In this document: one piece after another, positions 60,406-64,000 of the stretch
How positions within the stretch are numbered: the first letter of the stretch is position 1
How the letters are laid out: each line of letters starts with the position of its first letter
IMG/VR virus record: IMGVR_UViG_3300014202_000564
Direction: 5' to 3' (one strand)
DNA: 64,000 nt
Source of the DNA: a virus
The notes under the pieces: generated by a model
Seen by the model: the letters and a program-made list of their open reading frames with translations, nothing else
What the model was told of the DNA's origin: nothing
Database searches by the model: none
Program-made: the position numbers and the translations under genes

Positions 60406-60947
60406 TGAGTACGAAGATTTACAATGGATTCCAGACTTCATTTGGTGATCTTGAAACGTTTTTGGATCTTGTTCATACGTTTCGTGATGGGTATTGGAAG
60501 AAGGGAGCAATAGAGCTGAGGGAGAAGTTTGTCGCCGCAGCTTTTGCTGGGTTTCCTGTTCAGGATGCAGAGGCAAAGAGGAAAGCGTATAGCCTTTGGT
60601 GGGATCTTTCTAGTAAAGCGCGAACCTCGACCACCAGGCAACCAGCATTAGACACAGATTTTAAAGTAACCATTTTTCCTGATTCGGGTCGGTTTATTGG
60701 TATCGCATATACAGAGCATGATAAGTGGTTTGAAGCATGGTTAAAGTTGCCAGGAATTCGAGAGTATGGATATTGGAATAACGTTGATCCTCCAGACCAT
60801 GTAACTGACGAGGAGTGGGAAGCTCGAAGGGAAGTATGGGACCGCGTTTTGCCTGGATGTGGTATTCCAGCTATGGAGGGATTTTCCATCGATGTGAGTG
60901 ATACTTTTGGTGCACCCATTGCAACCCTTGAGGAGATGGGGTTATGA
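60405..60947 (+). CDS. hypothetical protein
   Basis: ATG 60405 (TAATG overlap; track GTG 60396). Confidence 0.6.
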   Translation: MSTKIYNGFQTSFGDLETFLDLVHTFRDGYWKKGAIELREKFVAAAFAGFPVQDAEAKRKAYSLWWDLSSKARTSTTRQPALDTDFKVTIFPDSGRFIGIAYTEHDKWFEAWLKLPGIREYGYWNNVDPPDHVTDEEWEARREVWDRVLPGCGIPAMEGFSIDVSDTFGAPIATLEEMGL

Positions 60948-61213
60948 TGAAATATGATCCTGAGCTTCCCTACGCAAAACAGCTTTTTGCTTCTCTTTTC
61001 TTAATTGCAGCGTTGTATGCCGGTTCGATGTTTCTCAGTGCTCTGATAGCTGTATGCGTCTCTTTGGCATCAGGGTTTTCGATGGGCTATGGTTGGTTGT
61101 TCGAGGAACTTGGCACGATGGTTGCAACAGTTTTGGTAATTGGGTTCTGGTGGGTTATATTCACCCTGTCTATGAAATATTATGTTAACTGTGATAGAAA
61201 GGAGAAGAAGTGA
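60944..61213 (+). CDS. membrane protein (3 TM)
   Basis: 89-aa track ORF; ATGA overlap. Confidence 0.55.
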   Translation: MMKYDPELPYAKQLFASLFLIAALYAGSMFLSALIAVCVSLASGFSMGYGWLFEELGTMVATVLVIGFWWVIFTLSMKYYVNCDRKEKK

Positions 61214-61289
61214 GAACCATACATTACTTTTTCTATTTCATGATCGGTATTGGGTTGGGGATGTCCCTTGCAACTCTCTGGGGAGTATC

Positions 61290-61598
61290 ATGACAACATC
61301 ACAAGAGCTGCAAGATCTAAAAGAAGAGACTATCCTTTCAACACTCAAAAAGTTAAAAGAAGAGAATAAGGCTCTGAAAGACGAGATTGAGTATTATAAG
61401 AAAATGAAGCAGGGTATTGTGATGTTCTTGTCTGGTAGACAGATTTGTGCATCTACATTCATTGATGATGAAACAATTACATACGGATATGGTGATCTTG
61501 ACAGGATCGGGTGTTGGGAATATTCTGTCCCCTCTATCATAGTGAAGTACGTTCAAGAATTGCGAGAGAAAATTAAATTACTCGAAAATAAGAGTTGA
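61290..61598 (+). CDS. hypothetical coiled-coil protein
   Basis: ATG 61290 follows GGGGAG (track 61182). Confidence 0.5.
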   Translation: MTTSQELQDLKEETILSTLKKLKEENKALKDEIEYYKKMKQGIVMFLSGRQICASTFIDDETITYGYGDLDRIGCWEYSVPSIIVKYVQELREKIKLLENKS

Positions 61599-61623
61599 CG
61601 AGGGTAAGTGACTGTGGTAGTAT
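61595..61623 (+). promoter_or_regulatory. sigma70-type promoter of the ncRNA
   Basis: TTGACG 61595-61600 (overlaps the upstream stop), N17, TGgTAGTAT (-10 at 61618-61623). Confidence 0.55.
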
Positions 61624-61631
61624 GTTGAATT

Positions 61632-61918
61632 GTGGGGTGTGGCTGATAGACTCATTCTACAGGGTCAAGGCGTAGTACCTGAAAGGACCAGGGAAAGCAC
61701 AAGTAGAATGGTGGAGGTAAGGCTGAAGGATACCAGAAGATCCTAATCTGGTAGAGCGCAAGGCATTCGGTAGCTCCCTATACACCAGTAGACGAATGCT
61801 TGGGAGTAGACACTCTCCCCAGAACGCAGAGATCCGTAACCGGAACGGGTTGAGTTCTGTAGCCAAATAACCGAACACCAAACGAACGTTGGGGGGCCTG
61901 GAAATCCCCCCACCCCAC
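61632..61918 (+). ncRNA. candidate ~287-nt structured RNA of unknown class
   Basis: no ORF; own promoter; 5' GTGGGGT (61632-61638) pairs with 3' ACCCCAC (61912-61918); many internal helices; GC hairpin and T-run at the 3' end. Confidence 0.55.
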
Positions 61919-61925
61919 TTTTTAT
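61891..61925 (+). terminator. terminator-like GC hairpin and T-tract
   Basis: GGGGGG-CCTGGAAAT-CCCCCC then ACCCCAC then TTTTTATT; the T-run is 7 nt from the hairpin, so atypical. Confidence 0.45.
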
Positions 61926-61926
61926 T

Positions 61927-62142
61927 ATGGAGCCTATGATGGAAACATACTGCAACGAACTAGCACAGAGACATATAGCAAATGCGGAAAATCTTCTGAG
62001 AGAAGCATTTAAAAGCTTACACTATGCAAAAGAATACATTGCATTGATGAATAGAATTCGTACTACCGGCGAAGTAAAATGTGTGCTTGATTGTATCTCC
62101 CCACCACCCGATGCCATTGTTCTGGAGAAGCAGAATGTATAA
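61927..62142 (+). CDS. hypothetical protein
   Basis: 71-aa track ORF; ATG 61939 has better GGAG spacing. Confidence 0.5.
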   Translation: MEPMMETYCNELAQRHIANAENLLREAFKSLHYAKEYIALMNRIRTTGEVKCVLDCISPPPDAIVLEKQNV

Positions 62143-62503
62143 GATCCAACAAAACAAAAAGACACCCCTATTCAGCGTGACTATAAAAGATTGCGAGATC
62201 CAGACATTTCGTGCTGGTGGGAAGGGTGGGCAAAATCAAAATAAGGTTGAGTCTGGTGTGCGTATCATTCACCATCCATCCGGGTCTCGCGGAGAATCTA
62301 GGGAATTCAGAACCCAGTTAGAAAACAAAAAAGCAGCATTTGCGCGAATGGGGAAGACTGAGACATTTCAGAGATGGGCTCGTAGTATGGCAGCTAAACT
62401 TCGCGGTGAGAAGTCTTTGGAGGATCGAGTAGAAGAATCAATGATACCACAAAATTTACTTATCGAAGAGCAATCCGCTGATGGATGGAAGGTGACATCA
62501 TGA
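62135..62503 (+). CDS. GGQ-domain release-factor-like protein (ArfB/PrfH-like peptidyl-tRNA hydrolase)
   Basis: FRAGGKGGQNQNKVESGVRIIHHPSG...RTQLENKKAA matches the class I RF GGQ domain; 122 aa from ATG 62135 (track 62081). Confidence 0.75.
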   Translation: MYKIQQNKKTPLFSVTIKDCEIQTFRAGGKGGQNQNKVESGVRIIHHPSGSRGESREFRTQLENKKAAFARMGKTETFQRWARSMAAKLRGEKSLEDRVEESMIPQNLLIEEQSADGWKVTS

Positions 62504-63120
62504 ACACAGACGATCCGATTAGGGATGAAATTGATACAATGATTCTCCGCAAAATAGCTGAGACAGAATTTCAAACATTCAATAAAATTCCACGGCTTTC
62601 TCGTCGTTGTGTGGTTACTGAAAAGATTGATGGGACCAATGCTCAACTCCTTATCACAGAGGATGGTAAATTGTTTGCGGGCAGTCGCTCTCGATGGCTT
62701 GTCGAGAATGATGTGTTGAAATGTGATAATTTTGGGTTTGGTGCTTGGGCACTCCAACATAAGGATGAGTTGGTTACAGGTCTTGGGATAGGAAGACATT
62801 TCGGAGAGTGGTGGGGCGCAGGTATTCAGCGTAAGTATGGGTTGAAGGAAAAGAGGTTTTCTCTATTCAATACAGATCGTTGGAAGGAAGATAATAAACC
62901 TGCCTGTTGTCATGTGGTACCAGTATTGTACGATGGAATGTTCACAACCAACGAGATTAACGTAACCCTTGCTCATTTGGCATTTAATGGGAGCGTTGCT
63001 GCTCCTGGGTTCATGAAGCCAGAGGGTATCGTTATCTATCATGTTGCTGCAAATTCGTTCTTTAAGAAGACCATTGAGGGGGATGAAAGTCCAAAGGGAT
63101 TAGTTGACAATAATGGATAA
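62500..63120 (+). CDS. ATP-dependent RNA ligase, Rnl2-like adenylyltransferase domain
   Basis: motif I EKIDGTN, III HFGEWWG, IV PEGIVIYH, V FFKKT; ATG 62500 overlaps the RF-like stop (ATGA). Confidence 0.7.
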   Translation: MNTDDPIRDEIDTMILRKIAETEFQTFNKIPRLSRRCVVTEKIDGTNAQLLITEDGKLFAGSRSRWLVENDVLKCDNFGFGAWALQHKDELVTGLGIGRHFGEWWGAGIQRKYGLKEKRFSLFNTDRWKEDNKPACCHVVPVLYDGMFTTNEINVTLAHLAFNGSVAAPGFMKPEGIVIYHVAANSFFKKTIEGDESPKGLVDNNG

Positions 63121-63394
63121 GGGTGTTAGACTCAGGGCAGTGCTAGATGAGGATGATTGGTGGTTGGGATGGACCACTGATAGAGGTATCCCAACATGGG
63201 TGCCAATGCAGGTTCAAGAGTGGATCGTTACGAAGTGGAACTTGGTTGTATGTTGGTTCAAGGGGCATCGGATAGTAGGAGAGATCCGAGGAACACTTTG
63301 TAGTCACTGTATGCACTGTATGACTGAAACCCTAGGTACTGGTTGTCGATGGTGTGAACTTGATGATAAAGACCTGGAGGAATTAGATGATTAA
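63113..63394 (+). CDS. small Cys-rich protein
   Basis: ATG 63113 within track ORF 63104; CSHCMHC...GCRWC. Confidence 0.5.
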   Translation: MDKGVRLRAVLDEDDWWLGWTTDRGIPTWVPMQVQEWIVTKWNLVVCWFKGHRIVGEIRGTLCSHCMHCMTETLGTGCRWCELDDKDLEELDD

Positions 63395-64000
63395 GTCATT
63401 TGTGAAATATAAGAAAATCAAATTTCCTGCCGGCGAAATGCATGTTCAACTCCTTCTTGAGGACGATGTGACATATCCTGATAAGGGGAATGTTGAGTGG
63501 TTATTTGAATCCACTGAGGAGATCATGGAGATACTACTTTTGAGTAGTGCTCTAAAACAACATGGGTATAAAATAGATAAATTGATCATTCCCTATTTTC
63601 CATTTTCTCGCCAGGATCGTGTAGCCAATTATGGGGATTGTTTTTCGCTCAAGGTGATGTGTGGGTTAATTAATCAGTTGGGAGCAGAGGAAGTCGTAAC
63701 ACATGACCCCCATTCCGATGTTCTTCCTGCATTGTTAGATAATGTGTATGTCGTTCACCAATCGACAATTTTCTATCCTATGTTGAATTCATGGTTTTCC
63801 CATGATGATAATGTGATTCTCATTTCCCCTGATGCAGGGGCGCTTAAGAAAATCTATCGTCTCTCTAAGGAATCCTTTAAAGTTAAGGGGGTTGTGGAGT
63901 GCAGTAAGCTTCGAAATACACAAACCGGAGACATTACCGGAGTCAAGGTTAATGCGCCCGCACATGAATTAGACGGTAAAACCTGTGTGATGGTAGATGA
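63387..64000 (+). CDS. prs: ribose-phosphate pyrophosphokinase (Prs)-like protein, 3' end outside window
   Basis: KFPAGEMHVQL, IPYFPFSRQDR (like PYxxYxRQDR), ISPDAGALKK; open to the window end. Confidence 0.75.
   Translation, partial: MIKSFVKYKKIKFPAGEMHVQLLLEDDVTYPDKGNVEWLFESTEEIMEILLLSSALKQHGYKIDKLIIPYFPFSRQDRVANYGDCFSLKVMCGLINQLGAEEVVTHDPHSDVLPALLDNVYVVHQSTIFYPMLNSWFSHDDNVILISPDAGALKKIYRLSKESFKVKGVVECSKLRNTQTGDITGVKVNAPAHELDGKTCVMVD

Noticed and set aside
61690-61875. RNase P RNA or SRP/4.5S RNA identity for the same RNA
   Set aside because: Short strings resemble RNase P segments (GGTAAGGCTGAAGG, GGTAGAGCGCAAGG, AGCCAAATAACC) and the 4.5S ends. However, they are out of order relative to bacterial RNase P, the universally conserved GGAAAGUCCGG / ACAGAACCCGGCUUA blocks are absent, and no GGAA tetraloop helix-8 motif is present.
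61632-61918. Calling the structured RNA a tmRNA
   Set aside because: The closing stem has no G3:U70 wobble. The putative T-loop (CCTGGAAAT) is 9 nt and lacks the TTCRA consensus. There is no convincing Ala-initiated tag ORF ending in a hydrophobic or alanine-rich C-terminus (candidates: AQVEWWR*, AEIRNRNGLSSVAK*). No CCA is encoded. It is kept only as an unknown-class ncRNA.
63104-63132. Promoter-like TTGACA-N17-TGtTAGACT inside the 3' end of the RNA ligase gene
   Set aside because: The sequence matches the cassette promoter consensus. However, the predicted start would lie downstream of ATG 63113 of the next ORF, and no in-frame start follows. It may be an internal promoter for prs, but support is too weak to annotate.

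Overview
This window is densely packed and almost entirely plus-strand. It looks like dsDNA phage sequence of the T4 superfamily. That assignment is an inference from clear homologues of gp43 DNA polymerase, UvsX, gp41 helicase and gp61 primase; host and taxon cannot be determined from the sequence alone. (1) Bases 1-36.2 kb are a visibly AT-richer replication and nucleotide-metabolism module. It carries an M15 lysin, a MazG-like protein, PolB, UvsX, gp41, a 2OG-Fe(II) oxygenase, primase, ThyX, a class II RNR, Dps and a free-standing GIY-YIG endonuclease on the minus strand. The module is interrupted by a ~7.5 kb sugar-activation / glycosyltransferase / methyltransferase island and by a ParB-nucleotidyltransferase-kinase fusion gene. 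(2) Bases 36.2-36.6 kb are ORF-free and hold an iteron-like direct-repeat array. (3) Bases 36.6-58.4 kb are a visibly GC-richer region of about 80 small ORFs. About 17 copies of a reusable regulatory cassette organise it: a 20-bp palindromic hairpin, an extended -10 sigma70 promoter, an ATCATGATGA box whose first ATG sits exactly 7 nt after the -10, and a purine-rich RBS. Embedded in this region are an autoinducer-synthase-like acyltransferase, a PilZ-like protein and a BcsA-like synthase with its own PilZ domain (a c-di-GMP / polysaccharide module), plus an OMP-like protein. (4) Bases 58.4-64 kb carry a PyrE-like PRTase and a Pth2-like hydrolase. They also carry a ~287-nt structured RNA with its own promoter and terminator, a GGQ release-factor-like gene translationally coupled to an Rnl2-like RNA ligase, and a Prs-like gene cut by the window end. 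I recognised no tRNA, rRNA, CRISPR array, integrase or transposase. All functional calls rest on motifs read by eye; no database search was run.
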